Origin: Nitrosopumilaceae archaeon
GTDB lineage: Archaea > Thermoproteota > Nitrososphaeria > Nitrososphaerales > Nitrosopumilaceae
Length of the DNA: 64,000 nucleotides
Assembly (NCBI GenBank): GCA_965214835.1
Contig: CBDCCK010000002.1
Coordinates: 1,568,001 to 1,632,000, forward strand
Direction: 5' to 3'
A program made the translations under genes and the position numbers. Positions 9,896 through 21,739 of this stretch are shown here, piece by piece. The stretch's first letter is position 1, and every line of letters starts with the position of its first letter. Below the pieces are notes generated by a model, which was given only the letters and a program-made list of their open reading frames with translations, had not been told where the DNA came from and searched no databases.

Positions 9896-10651
9896 CTACT
9901 CTAGCTTGCCCTTGGAAAACATGCGTGCAGCATTTTTGATGATCGCGTCATCGAAGATCTTCAGACCCCCCTCCATTACGCTCATGGCCCTGTCTGGATC
10001 GGTATTTTTCAGGCGCTTTGCGTATGCAATGCATATCTCCGAGTCGTCCCGGTAGTGCTTTGCAAGACAGTCGTCAATTGACTCGTCATTTAGCTTTTCC
10101 AGTATGTACATGTACATACGGATCTTCACTACTGCATCATAATGCTTGCTCCAGCTGGACTTGCTGGGCATGCGGTCGGGCAGGTACGGCTCCAAGAGAC
10201 TCTTCCAGTATTCATAGTCGTCTCTGTCTGCGCATATGCTCTCTAGCGCCTCGTGGTAATGCTCTTGAAAATAATCGGGATCATTTTTGATGTATTTCTC
10301 AAACATGTACGACATGTATGATCGCTTTTGCTCATGTGTCGGGGCCTGTAGCTTTATGCATGATGTCATGCGGTGCATGGCATTGACAAAGCAGTCGCCG
10401 TAGTACCCATCAGAGTCATCGATCATGCCCATGTTGTCTGCGATGACCTCGGACAGATCCTGATAAATCCGGATGGCCTCAAGATAGTCCTTTTCTCTCT
10501 CCTTTGACTTTGCCAGTCTGGTAAACTTGCCATAGTTTATCTCGTTGCCGTACTCTATCAGGCCATAGGAGTCGGCTGCCTTTTCGTACAGCTCATTGAT
10601 CTCCGGATAATAGTCCCTGTCCGGCGCATCACTCCCCGTCTTTGATCCCAT
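9896..10651 (-). CDS. Hypothetical helical protein with DDSDG motif, possibly the C-terminal part of a SWIM-zinc-finger-type protein
   Basis: 251 aa ORF; motif resemblance only. Confidence 0.55.
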   Translation of the reverse strand: MGSKTGSDAPDRDYYPEINELYEKAADSYGLIEYGNEINYGKFTRLAKSKEREKDYLEAIRIYQDLSEVIADNMGMIDDSDGYYGDCFVNAMHRMTSCIKLQAPTHEQKRSYMSYMFEKYIKNDPDYFQEHYHEALESICADRDDYEYWKSLLEPYLPDRMPSKSSWSKHYDAVVKIRMYMYILEKLNDESIDDCLAKHYRDDSEICIAYAKRLKNTDPDRAMSVMEGGLKIFDDAIIKNAARMFSKGKLE

Positions 10652-10698
10652 GATCTTCGTGATTTGCGTATGTTTTAAGCGTTATTTGTCTGTCAGTA

Positions 10699-10790
10699 GC
10701 AAGAGTTTACCCCCCCCTCGAAAATACGGTGTGGCGGGCATGATGATCAAGGCCTTGGTCGGCAGTGTCGCCTATAGGGTACGGGCTCAC
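10699..10790 (+). mobile_element. MITE-like repeat, family C
   Basis: GCAAGAGTTTACCCC start; homologous to 7070-7155 and 28257-28349. Confidence 0.65.
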
Positions 10791-10861
10791 ACAAAAACCC
10801 TGAGATGCTATATATTTAGCAAGGTGGGCAGTTACATAATAACCCGTTTCTGCGTGATGAG

Positions 10862-11278
10862 ATGAAAAAGAAGATTGGCGTTGCAATTGTGGTGGCTATA
10901 GTCATAGCTGTGGCAGTCTCGGCAGGCTATGGAACACCTAAAGTATACGACAAAGAGCCGGTACGGACAGCAGCGGAGGCGACCCAGGCAGATGTCGTCA
11001 TGCCGACTAAGGTATCCAGGCCGGGATGCGAGCTGGAGGACAGGTGCTATGTTCCCTCGTCCATTGTGATTCATGCAGGCGAGTCTGTTTCGTGGCTAAA
11101 TGGTGACTCTGCGTTTCATAGCGTGACCAGCGGGGTCTATGGGGATCCCACCGGCCTGTTTGACAGCGAGTACATGGATCCGGGGGATGTATTCACCTAC
11201 ACCTTTGACGAGTCCGGAGAGTATGCCTACTATTGCACACTGCACGAGTGGATGTACGGTACCGTCCTGGTCAACTAG
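10862..11278 (+). CDS. Membrane-anchored blue copper (plastocyanin-like) protein
   Basis: N-terminal TM; HSVTSG and YYCTLHEWM type-1 Cu ligands. Confidence 0.9.
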   Translation: MKKKIGVAIVVAIVIAVAVSAGYGTPKVYDKEPVRTAAEATQADVVMPTKVSRPGCELEDRCYVPSSIVIHAGESVSWLNGDSAFHSVTSGVYGDPTGLFDSEYMDPGDVFTYTFDESGEYAYYCTLHEWMYGTVLVN

Positions 11279-11281
11279 GAA

Positions 11282-11353
11282 AGGTGAGGGAGGGAGTCGA
11301 ACCCCCTTGTATAGGTTTTGCAGACCCACGCATAACCGCTCTGCCACCTCACC
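11282..11353 (-). tRNA. tRNA-Cys(GCA)
   Basis: Acceptor GGTGAGG/CCTCACC; anticodon loop CTGCAAA; GGTTCGA. Confidence 0.93.
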
Positions 11354-11475
11354 GCAGTCAAAAAGCGCGTGATCAACAATTAAACTCTTTAGATTGTGGC
11401 GAGTAGCACAATTAATAACTCACACTGGGCACAACATGCCATAACATGTGTACTCGCAAGCAGGTCTGGGAAATC

Positions 11476-14400
11476 ATGAATGACGAGACACGACGAAGCA
11501 TAACTGGCCTTGCACTGATGACAATCATGGTTGCGGGGGGGGGGCAGTCCTTGGCATCCCAAGTGTCATGCCGGCTGCCGAGGCAGATCATCCAACGGCC
11601 GCGGTAGGATTCGGGGAAGGTTCCGGATTATCGCAGGATTGTGTAGAAACAGTAGACTGTTTTACGCCGGTAACCGTTACCGTTGACGTTGGCGGGGAAG
11701 TCGTGTGGACCAACAACGATTCTCTAGTTCATAACGTGGCTTCCGGCGGACAGGATGATATGGTAGCAGGTACCGTCGGCCCTAATTGGCCAAACGGCGA
11801 AGGCGCTGAGGGAAACACGGGATTCCAAAGTTCATTTATGAATCAGGGAGATGTGTTCAAACACAAGTTTGATGCTCCCGGAGAATACCCATACTTTTGC
11901 ACCCTTCATCCTTGGAGGGCGGGTATGGTCATTGTGGAGGCCGAGCCGGCAGCAGGGCCAGCTAACGCAAACCTGTTTGTCTCCGCAGAAAACTCTATGT
12001 TTGAAAACTACATCGCAGGACCTCAGGTAATACAGGTAGTAGTCGATGATCCCGGCATCTCGGATACCGACGAAGCAGAAGGCATTCCGGATGTCGAGGT
12101 AAACGGCAACGACCTGCTGATGACACAGGCAACCGACGGCAGATGGTACGGCTACTTTGCAAGCAAAGAACATGCAATGGCAGCCGATGCCAAATCCACA
12201 ACGGCGGGAACGGGATTGGACTATGGTTCCTTCTGTAGCCCTGATACCAAAATCTTGGGAAGCAGCATAAGCGTAACCGATACCGACGGCATTGCAATAC
12301 CTGTTCAGACAGGAACTGGCATTGATAGTAACTGTGCAGGCATTGACGTTACTGCTGGCCAAGCCATCAATGTAATCAAAGAACCAAAGGCCATCAACAC
12401 TCATAGCGGTGCAGATGGAATAGGCCAAATCGGATTGGCAGACGCCAATCTGTGGCCCTTCATTCAGCTCTACACATTCAACCTAACCGGTAGCATAGTT
12501 GTCGACTATAACAAAGGTGGCGGAACCCAATCGGCGACATTCACCTTTGATACCGCTGGCGGCTTTGCCGGCCTAAATCTTGACAGAACCATCTATCCGC
12601 GAGGATCACAGGTTCACGTAACAGTCACTGATACGTGGTTGAACATCGACCCGACAGACGAGGACTCGTGGACCTGGGATACCGACAGCGGCGATGCATA
12701 CTATGATGTATTCGGAAAAGACAGTGCTGACAACCCTAACGGCATTCATGCTAACGGTACACTGCTCATCAGTCCAATAACTTCCGGCGACGACCTCATG
12801 CAAGAAAATGCTACCTTGCTGCTAGATGTTAGCACACATGGCAGTACTGTTATGGAGCTTCAAGGAAATAATGATGCCAGAGTAGAGGTGTCGAGACTCA
12901 CCAACCCGGTAACACTTACCGAGAGTAGCTCATACAGCGGCATCTTTGGAACATATGACGAAGCAGACACTTCAATTCTTGCAATTCTCGACAACGCAGA
13001 GAGGGGCAACTCTGCCACCATCGACTATAGCAACGATCCGCAGACGGTTCTTGTGGGCTTTGACTTTGCAACAATCGACATCCAGCCGGTCAACGAAGAC
13101 TGGAGCTCCGGTGAGGAGATTCCAGTAGTGCTGGTTGACGGCGATGCAAACAAGAACAGCAGGGCAGACGAGGATCTGATCATATCCGATCCGGATACTG
13201 CACTGATCCCAAGCCTTGTGACCGGAAGCCCGTTCACGCTGGGCGAGGGTGATAGCCCTAGGGCATTCTTGATTGCGACCGTTGAGACTGCCAGTGAAAC
13301 TATTGTCAGAACCAACACTACAACTGCAAATGGCGCAGTAGAGTTTGATGTTCAAACATTCGGCGATCGGGGAATTGTCTCAGTTGACTCAGCGACAGAT
13401 GTTCGTGGACTGTTGATTGGCTTGAATGCCACCATGGGAGACCTGCGTGGCACAATCCAGAACTCCAATCCAGACAGCTGGGATGCTGAGCATTTCAAGG
13501 GATACAACCTGTTCAACTATAACGTTGATTCACTTGATCAAGACATCGCAGATATACGACTGGTGGATGTAACGGATATGGCCGCAGGTGTTCTTAGCGG
13601 AGCTCCTAGCGTTCAATTGGCCACTGGCAGCTATGGCTTGAAAAACCTGAGCGTTGGTGGTTTAGATGACGCCTTGTTTGATGCCACTATTGGCAATGCA
13701 GCCAACATAGGAATACTGTACACTTGGACGACTCCTGCTACAATGGCAGGTGACTATCCGATAGTCGCCGACTTCATGTCATTCGGATTCACGGATGACG
13801 GGGACACGGGATCCGAGAGGGTCGCCAACCAGATAATACGACTCGAGCTTGAGGAGGACGCTGACAACCCTGCTACCTTCGTAGGTACGCTAGAGTACAT
13901 CATGGTCAACCAGCTCAACATCCTTGATGCAGACACGTACAAGATAACCACGGATTCCGATTCACCAACCTTCATCGTAATGGAGGATCTCACAGACGAG
14001 GACTCGCCAAGGATCAACTATCTTGACCTTGGAGCCGATGGAGTTTCGACGCAAATATCAGACCAGCAGCCGGCACCATCCCACTCGGGAATAGTGACGC
14101 TTGACTCGGACACCTACAAGGTTGCAGACACTGTAACAATCACGCTCGCAGACGCTGACCTGAACGTGGACAGCGGCCTTCTCGACATCTTTACAGTAGT
14201 CACAGCGGAAGATGATACGGCATTTGACATGGTAGGCGCGCCAGGTCTGCCAAAATACTCATTCGGTTCGCTTGGAAGGCTGCTGGACGTCACATTTGCT
14301 GGCCAACAGTGGCTCAAGTCCACAGCTGGAGAGTACACGTGTGATGCACATCCTGATGGCATAGATGATGGCCTGGGCGCGACAGGAATTCACATGATTG

Positions 14401-16550
14401 AGACCGGAACAGATACCGGCACCTTCGTCGGTGACTTTCAGATCCCGGCTGAATACTGTGCAAGATCAGGCAGCACTGCATCATGGCAATCCGTAATCGG
14501 TACCGACATTGAGGCCAACTATGTTGACTTTAGGGACGCATCCGGCGAAATCATCGAGGTCGGTGATTCGGCAGGTGTCAGAGCCAACACCGGTACAGAT
14601 CATACAATAGCCGAGGTCGGATTCGGGGAAGGTTCCGGACTATCGCTGGCATGTGTAGAAACAGATGATTGCTTTATACCGACAACTGTCACCATTGGTG
14701 CTGGCGGGGAAGTTGTATGGACTAACAACGATTATTTAGTTCATACGGTATATTCTGGCACAATTGAGGATATGAGGACAGACACCGTTGGCACTAATTG
14801 GCCAAACGGCAAAGGCGCTGCGGGAAACACAGGATTCCAAAGTTCATTTATGAATCAAGGAGATGTATTCAAACACATGTTTGATGCTCCCGGAGAATAC
14901 CCATACTTTTGTACCCTGCATCCTTGGAGGGCGGGTATGGTCATTGTAGAAGACCCGCTTGTCAACGGCGGCGATTATCCAAACTGCGGACCTGATCAAG
15001 TTATCCAAAACGGTCAATGTGTTGACGCTTTTGATGGAGAAAACAGAGCAAGTGCAAATCTTGAACTAGGCACGGATCAGGACACGTATGCCGATGGATA
15101 TACCATAACCTTGACCGGCAAAATCAACGTTGAAGACATCATTCCTGTACCTGTTACGATTTATGGACCTCAAGGCGTTCTTGCAAGTATTGATCAAATA
15201 ACTCCAAATGTTGACGGCACATTTGAGACTACCTTTGTAGCATCTGGAAGTCTATGGTCTGACGGTGGCGAGTATGTGATAACTGCCATTCATGGCATTG
15301 ACAAGGCAACAACTACCTTTAACTTTGGCGGCAGTACTGGTGATAGAGATAAACCTCCTATAGAACCCAAGAACTGCGCCAATGCACGAGCTGATGATCA
15401 ATGCGGCACCAACACTGCAGATAAACTTCCTATAGAACCCATCAGATCTACGCAGTCCATCGGCCGCAGTAGCGGAGGCGGCGGAGGCGGTGGTGGAGGT
15501 GGCGGCGGCAGTAGCACCGTCACGTCTTCCTCGGACGGCACGGATCCTGCATACATAGCATCCATATCGTGGGACTGCGCCGCCGGACTCGTCACGGTCG
15601 CCGCCGGACCAGTCTCTGATGATCTCTCGGTCTCGGTGCGCACCACTGAGAGCGGTTCCACCCAGGCTACGGCGGCAGGCCAGGCGGCTGAGGGATTCGC
15701 GGTGTTTACGGTGCCTATGCACGAGACTGAGACATACATCGGAGTCAACGCAATCCTGCAGTCTGGAATGGGTATGAGCTTTGACTCAGAGTCCGTAAAC
15801 GTGGATGCCTGCATCGGAGAGCGCGCCTACGATATTCCGATGTCCGTGTCCGCCGACACCGATGGGCAGGCAGTCGACGAGCCGCGTGATGTGGCCGATG
15901 AGGCAGCCAAGCCGCAGACGCCGGTAGAACCCCAGATAACGACGCAGCCAGAAAAGCCCGACATCGCCACACAGTCCGAGATTGAGCCCGAGGCCGTGAC
16001 GCAGCCAGAAAAGCCCGACATCGCCACACAGTCCGAGATTGAGCCCGAGGCCGTGACGCAGCCAGAAAAGCCCGACATCACCACACAGCCCGAGATTGAG
16101 CCTGGGTCCACTGCACAGCCCGGGTCGGAGCTCGAATCGCAGGCCAGCTCGGAGCCCGGCGGCGCATGCTTGATAGCGACTGCCGCATACGGAACAGAGA
16201 TGGCGCCGCAGGTGCAGGCGCTCAGGGAGATACGCGACGGCACGCTGCTCTCGACGGACTCGGGCGCCTCCTTTGTTGCCGGATTCAACTCCGTATACTA
16301 TTTGTTCTCGCCTGCAGTGGCAGACCTGGAACGCCAGAGTCCGGCATTCCGCGAGGTCGTAAGGATTCTGATCACCCCGATGATCTCGACGCTGTCGATG
16401 ATGTCGCTTGCAGAGGAGGGCTCGGAGGCCTCGGTGCTGGCGCTGGGCGCCTCGGTCATTGTTATCAATATCGGCATGTATGTGGCAGCTCCTGCGGCCG
16501 CCGCCATTATCGCGGCAAGGAAGAGGACTTCCATGACTCAAAATCGGTGA
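11476..16550 (+). CDS. Mosaic surface protein (cupredoxin, SlaA-like S-layer segment, cupredoxin, Ig-like, repeats, CFI-box-CTERM), frameshifted at a G10 tract in the signal peptide
   Basis: ATG 11476 gives MNDETRRSITGLALMTIMVAGG, an S-layer-type signal peptide that is out of frame with the 1660-aa ORF; two YFCTLHPWRAG motifs; NANLFVSAENS S-layer motif; GGACLIATAAYGTEMAPQVQ. Confidence 0.85.
15939..16102 (+). repeat. 60-bp tandem repeat, about 2.7 copies (TQPEKPDIATQSEIEPEAV)
   Basis: Direct repeats with period 60. Confidence 0.9.
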
Positions 16551-16662
16551 GACCCAACCGATTGCTTTTCAGGGCAACCAATGATGCCGGCCCAACCATG
16601 GATCCAAGATGCACCGGAGTCTGCTGCCAGGGCATTCGCCGAGCCACTTGACAATCTTACAC

Positions 16663-16754
16663 GCATGTGGTTACCTGCCCCTATCAATTAGGCATGAGTT
16701 GGCATGTACAACGTGATTTTCGTGCCTAGATAGCAAGGGGGCGTGACCACGTAC
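16663..16754. repeat. About 92-bp palindromic repeat, family B
   Basis: Ends GCATGTGGTTACC...GTGACCACGTAC; homologous to 20449, 27877, 36680, 55172. Confidence 0.75.
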
Positions 16755-16978
16755 GCTAGCAAGTATCGTTGGATCCGGGCCTAGTCAGAACCAAAATCGG
16801 CCTTTATGGGGAGGATTTCAGCATTGAGAGATTCAGCAAAAGCATAGGGACAATGGAAAAAGACCGGGCCAAGGACGAATCAGCTGCTGCCCCAAGATCC
16901 GCCCAGTTTAGCACGGTATCTGACAGTGTCTTACAAAGAATATCGGATGCAATGAAATAATGTAGGGACCCGAGTTTC

Positions 16979-17338
16979 GTGAGCCCATGCACTGGTGATG
17001 ATGACCCACGCCAGCCTGCCAGCTCCGGCAGGGTGGATCTGTTCTACCCTAGAACGCTTGGGGTTTTCACGACGAGTCTGCTACCGGGGGGGGGGGGGCG
17101 CAAGGCTTGGATACGCCGTCGATCAGCGAGCTCCATGGGCGGAAGACCATCGTTTACTGCAATACTAAAGGCTGCAAAGGCAAAATGTGAAAAATGCCAG
17201 GCCTCAGAAGAGCTGACAATAAACCACAAGGTGCCTCTCGTACAAGGAGGAACCAACGAGGCTGAGAACTTGCAGGTTCTGTGCAGAGCATGTCATGACA
17301 GGTTTCATGGAATAATATCCAAAAAGAAACTAAGGTGA
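16979..17338 (+). CDS. Small HNH endonuclease (start uncertain)
   Basis: CEKC...INHKVPLVQGGTNEAENLQVLCRACH. Confidence 0.8.
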   Translation: MSPCTGDDDPRQPASSGRVDLFYPRTLGVFTTSLLPGGGGRKAWIRRRSASSMGGRPSFTAILKAAKAKCEKCQASEELTINHKVPLVQGGTNEAENLQVLCRACHDRFHGIISKKKLR

Positions 17339-17353
17339 CGGTAGCCCGCCGTC

Positions 17354-17602
17354 CTAACTCCACCAGGGCTCCCTGTAGGGATTAAGATAGCACTGCAGGC
17401 GCTCACTCCATTCCAGCGTTGACAGATCAATGCCCCCGAAGGTCACCGCATCAGACGGCCATATGCACGGCCCTCCAAGATGCCCGTATACCAAAAAGGC
17501 AAGTATCATACGGCCGTATGTCACCCCTATGAAAAAGCCCAATACAATTCCAAAAATTAAAAAGAAATAGGGTCTAGTCGTCATGCCACCGACACTGCGC
17601 AT
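17354..17602 (-). CDS. Small membrane protein
   Basis: 82 aa with hydrophobic N-terminal half. Confidence 0.5.
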   Translation of the reverse strand: MRSVGGMTTRPYFFLIFGIVLGFFIGVTYGRMILAFLVYGHLGGPCIWPSDAVTFGGIDLSTLEWSERLQCYLNPYREPWWS

Positions 17603-17712
17603 CTTGTCTTATTGCTCATGTTCGTGACAGAGTGCGTCGCACTGCCTAATAAGAATCCTTGATCGCAGGTATTTCTAGGCACCCATAAAACGTAAGAGCT
17701 TACCCGCTAGGA

Positions 17713-17944
17713 CAGTCTTCCCAGAAGTACCACGTCAAATTATCCCTGGCTCGAAACAATTCAAGTGAGGCTGCCTGCAGATCCGCTTGCCACCTCCTGC
17801 ACCGTAGTGCGCACAGTTGAAATCCGAACACTTTTTATCGAAATAGGCACGATAGGCTTTATGCGTAAACGAAATTAGCGGCGTTGCCCCCGGCACCCGG
17901 GCTACAAAGGGCTGCCGGAAGACGGAGTCCAGATTGGATTCCAA
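17713..17944 (-). mobile_element. Truncated IS end with TIR CAGTCTTCCCAGAAGTA
   Basis: Same TIR as the MITE at 48707-48827; internal sequence also resembles 9664-9713; cut by IS66 at 17945. Confidence 0.6.
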
Positions 17945-20011
17945 GTACAACTTCAGGTCCTATTTAAAGCGCCCAGGGAACTTTTTGTCCGGAACTTTTT
18001 GATCCTTCCGCATCCGTTGTGACAGACCCGTTGCATCACCACACATCCTTTGTACATGCCAGAACCGGCGCCGTGCAGGCAACACATTGACAGACGGCAC
18101 CTGCAGGCAATCAGAAACTGTTGCATTCGGTGCCGTTGACTGGCAGATTCAGCCGGATCCTTCGATATGAGGCTACGGGTTACGCCGTCCCGTAGGCGCC
18201 AGACGGATCAAAGTGCCATCGGGGCTACGGGTACGACGGCCGTCTGGTTCCAGCGTACCGCCCCCTTGCCTGCACCTGCTGCAGGCGGCCACACCGGCGG
18301 CGGCCCGGGACACTCAAAGACACTGTATCTTGTACCGTCCGTATTGACAAGCGAGGACAGCAGGTGCGCGTCATCCTTGGCCCCTGCAAAGATATCCCAG
18401 CCCGGATCCCGCAGGTATTTCAAGAGTCCACCGGCAGGATGTATGTTTTGCTTGCGGCATGTCATCGAGAACGTCAGCAGCGCAGAAGCCGTCTTTCTTC
18501 CCCCGTCAGTTACGATCTTGTGGCGCGCATTGCGCTGTGGTATGATCCCGTCGCGTATGCATCGCTCCGTATCGTTGTTGTGCGGCGGCATTCCCGGACG
18601 CGCTAGAAACGTAAACATGTTGGGTATGGCGTTTAGCAGGTGTGTACGCACGTGATCGTCCTCATACGGGCTGATTATTTTGTATGCCTCCCTTGAAAGC
18701 TCCATGTATGTAAGCGACGCAAGCGTCTTTGATCTTTTTTACCTCCCTGTAAAATTCCAGCAGCAAGTCATACCTTTTCCCATCATCGCCTTCGGGCATC
18801 TTTACTGCAAGCTTTTCTGCATACGCCAGAAGGTGCCTCCAGCACCTCTGGATTATCTCAAAGAACAGCTTGTACTGGGCCAGCCCGTCGACGACTGTGG
18901 GAACCCTGGGATCCAGCCATCCAAAGTGCGTGTGCAGTACCTCAGAGGACCGGGAATCTGCAAAGACCACAAAGCACGCCCCCGCACAGTTGAGCACCCA
19001 GACGTACCCCGTGTGTCCGTCGCCGCGCTTAAAGCCGGTCTCGTCCATCTGTATCCACGGCCTGCCCGCAATGAATGTCTGTATGCATTGTATCATGTTT
19101 TGCCGGAGTGCCTCTGCCACTGCGTGCCGGGCGGCAGTCACGGTATTTGGGGCCATCTTGAATCCAAACATATACTGAAAGTACTCTGCAATGTCCTCGT
19201 CTATGTTTCCCTTCTCAAAGAACATCATGATTAGAGAGAGTGAGACGGGCCCAAGTGACGTGCCGCCTAGAAACGGGGTAGCTGCGACATGCACGGTATT
19301 GCACTGTGGACACACCGCGTTTTGGATGATGGCATTGGCAGTAATCATGCGCATGGAGTCATCCAGATCGTTGACAAGCTTGTGGATCGGCTTGAGCATC
19401 CGTAACTGGATGTTGCACTTTGGGCATATTTTGAAATCAAGATCGTACCTTAATGTCATGGATGGCCGGTTGCCGTGCGATGTACCATGGTGTCCGCACG
19501 GAGGGCCGCGTTTCTTGCCCCTGGCCGCATCGCCGGGACTGCCGCCGGGATCCTCGCCCCTTTTCTCCCTGAACTTTTTTCTGGCATCATTGTATAATGA
19601 CGGCGTGGACGTGGGCATGTTGGGACTCTCGTACAGGGCAAGCCTTGCCTGAAGCTCAGCATTCTCCTTCTTGACATCCACATTCTCCTTCTTGACAATA
19701 GAGAGTTCTTTTTCCAGCCCGGAGATCTTCTCATCTTGCTCCATGATCATGACAAGTGCCTTTCCAGGATCCGTACAGCGTGCAAGCACGGCTTTGGAGT
19801 CCATATGTTACATCAGACAGGCAAGATCAAAAAAGATTTCCATCGAAATTCTTTGACCAAGATGCCGATATTATGTCACTCCCGTAAATTCCAAACCTGC
19901 AATGTCTGATCACAAATGTCTGATGTTCAGCCATGTTCGCAGGGGCATCTGATCATAAGATGCTGCCCAAAAATGTTTGACTGTCAGTATAAAAAGGACC
20001 TGAAGTTGTAC
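17945..20011 (-). mobile_element. IS66-family element (single-ORF type), copy 1, transposase frameshifted
   Basis: TIR GTACAACTTCAGGTCC; near-identical to 49712-51915; an extra T near 18729 splits the ORF into 18662-19804 and 18208-18705. Confidence 0.93.
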
Positions 20012-20056
20012 GGTTGACTCTTGCCCCTATACCTGCCGGCAGATCATCTGATGACA

Positions 20057-20365
20057 CTAGTCCCTCAACTCGTAAAGCTTCATGCTTCCATGTTTTCTAG
20101 AAATCATATAATCCCTACCCTGATAACTGAACGCGTAGGGCTGGCCGTCCTGCATCAACTGTTCCTTGATTTGTATTGTGTCTCCACTGACCTGTACGGG
20201 GTGGGATCCCTGGTCAGAGTCCTCAAAAAATCCGTCGCATGTGAACTCCTGCAAAGAGTTTCTGGCAGTCACACCCTCTTCAATAAACGTTGTCGCAGAT
20301 CCGCTAAGCACCTTGGAAATGTATGACTTCCTTGGTTCGACGTATACAAAATTTGACTGTGACAT
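20057..20365 (-). CDS. Hypothetical protein
   Basis: 102 aa ORF with ATG and an upstream TTTTTAA box. Confidence 0.55.
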   Translation of the reverse strand: MSQSNFVYVEPRKSYISKVLSGSATTFIEEGVTARNSLQEFTCDGFFEDSDQGSHPVQVSGDTIQIKEQLMQDGQPYAFSYQGRDYMISRKHGSMKLYELRD

Positions 20366-20448
20366 TTCTAGTTCTAATGGCGCTGTACTGATTAAAAACT
20401 TTATCTTAGACTGGAACTGGGACGTTTACGGTAGATGATTCTTCGTGG

Positions 20449-20542
20449 GTACGAGGTCACCTGCCCCCCGCCAATCAGGCACAAATTGGCACGTACAATT
20501 ATGATTTCCATGCCCGGACAACGGGGGGACGTGACCTCGTAC
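20449..20542. repeat. About 92-bp palindromic repeat, family B
   Basis: Terminal IR GTACGAGGTCAC / GTGACCTCGTAC. Confidence 0.8.
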
Positions 20543-21084
20543 AAAAAGTTCATTGTCGTGACCGGCTCCGGAATTCTCGGTGTCTAGGTCGTCATCTTGG
20601 TTCCTTCAGGGACCGGTTTTTCCAGGTCGCGCCCGTCGCACTTGCCGCACCTGTCAGGCACGTAGCTCATTTCCCGGGTCGGGTGCCTCTTGTGTGATGC
20701 GCCCCTGTGTCCGGGCCTGCGGCCCGGCCTTGCCGGCGCCTTGCCCGGTTCCCTTGATGCGGCCGTCTTTTTCTGCCTGGTCGGTATCGAGTTCTGCGAT
20801 GACGGACTGTGCGGGTTCTCATAGTATTTGATGCGCTGCTCGAGCTGCCTGTTTTGTGCCGTCAATGCAGCGATCTGTGCGGCATCATCGGGCCTGTTTT
20901 ATGGCAGATGCTATCCTTTCTGTGTCAATCTCCTCCTGCGTCTTCTGAAGCTCCGCCCTGACGCAGGCCATCTTCTTGCTCAATGCCTTGAATTCCGAGG
21001 CTGTAGACATGTGTTTCCCGGGTAGTGGTAGTTTATAGATCAGGTGGTCATAAAAAATCAACTAGGCAGGGGCTAACCTATTAC
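20543..21084 (-). pseudogene. IS66-family remnant (left end plus transposase N-terminus)
   Basis: YENPHSPSSQ, PGHRGASH and CGKC motifs; end GTAATAGGTTAGCCCCTGCCTAG. Confidence 0.8.
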
Positions 21085-21625
21085 ACTGCCAAGTACCTCA
21101 ACGGCATCGCTCCAAGGGCTGGCAGCCGGTTCCGTGCTGACGAGGTGTGAATAAAGGTTGCAGGAAAGCAGAACTGTCTCTTTGCCTCGATGGATGACGA
21201 TACTAGATACCGGCCGGCCAGCGACGTGACAACAAAGTTCCGGCACAATGCAGACACCCTGTTACATCTGACAAAACTGCAGGCCGGCAGATCCCCCAGA
21301 AACTTCATCACGGATGGTCTGCCTGCATACATAAAGTCAAGCAAGAAGGTGTTTGGAAGCAAAACAAGCCACGTCAGGCACATCCACCTCAAGGGCGACA
21401 GGAACAACAACAAGATGGAGCGTTTGAATGGTGAGATGAGACCGTGAGAAGGTCTTCAGGGGATTAAAGAAGACGGACACGGAGATCCTGAATGGGGTGA
21501 GGGTCTACTACGACTTCAAAAAAACACGGCTCCCTAAACGGCCAGACCCCAGCAGAGTCGGCCCTGATAAGCGTGGACGGTACAAACAAGTGGAAGACAA
21601 TAATCCAGAACGCCTCACTAAGTAA
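21085..21625 (+). pseudogene. IS6-like DDE transposase remnant
   Basis: ADEV*IKV, MDDDTRY, FITDGLPAY, NNKMERLNG, NKWKTIIQNA with stops and frameshifts. Confidence 0.8.
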
Positions 21626-21739
21626 AAATTCTGTCTAGTCGTAAAAATCGAATCTGAAGAAGATCCATATTTTGGGCCTCGAAGATTACACAGAACCATT
21701 CTCTGGATCACTTAAATATTTCAGTATTGAGGAAGGGTA

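Noticed and set aside
11586-14950. Diversity-generating retroelement TR/VR pair in the duplicated cupredoxin modules
   Set aside because: Both copies are coding, differences do not look adenine-specific by eye, and there is no reverse transcriptase in the window
15347-15441. 23-bp imperfect repeat with 72-bp period (DKPPIEP/DKLPIEP)
   Set aside because: Short, imperfect and within a linker; not a clean repeat-spacer-repeat
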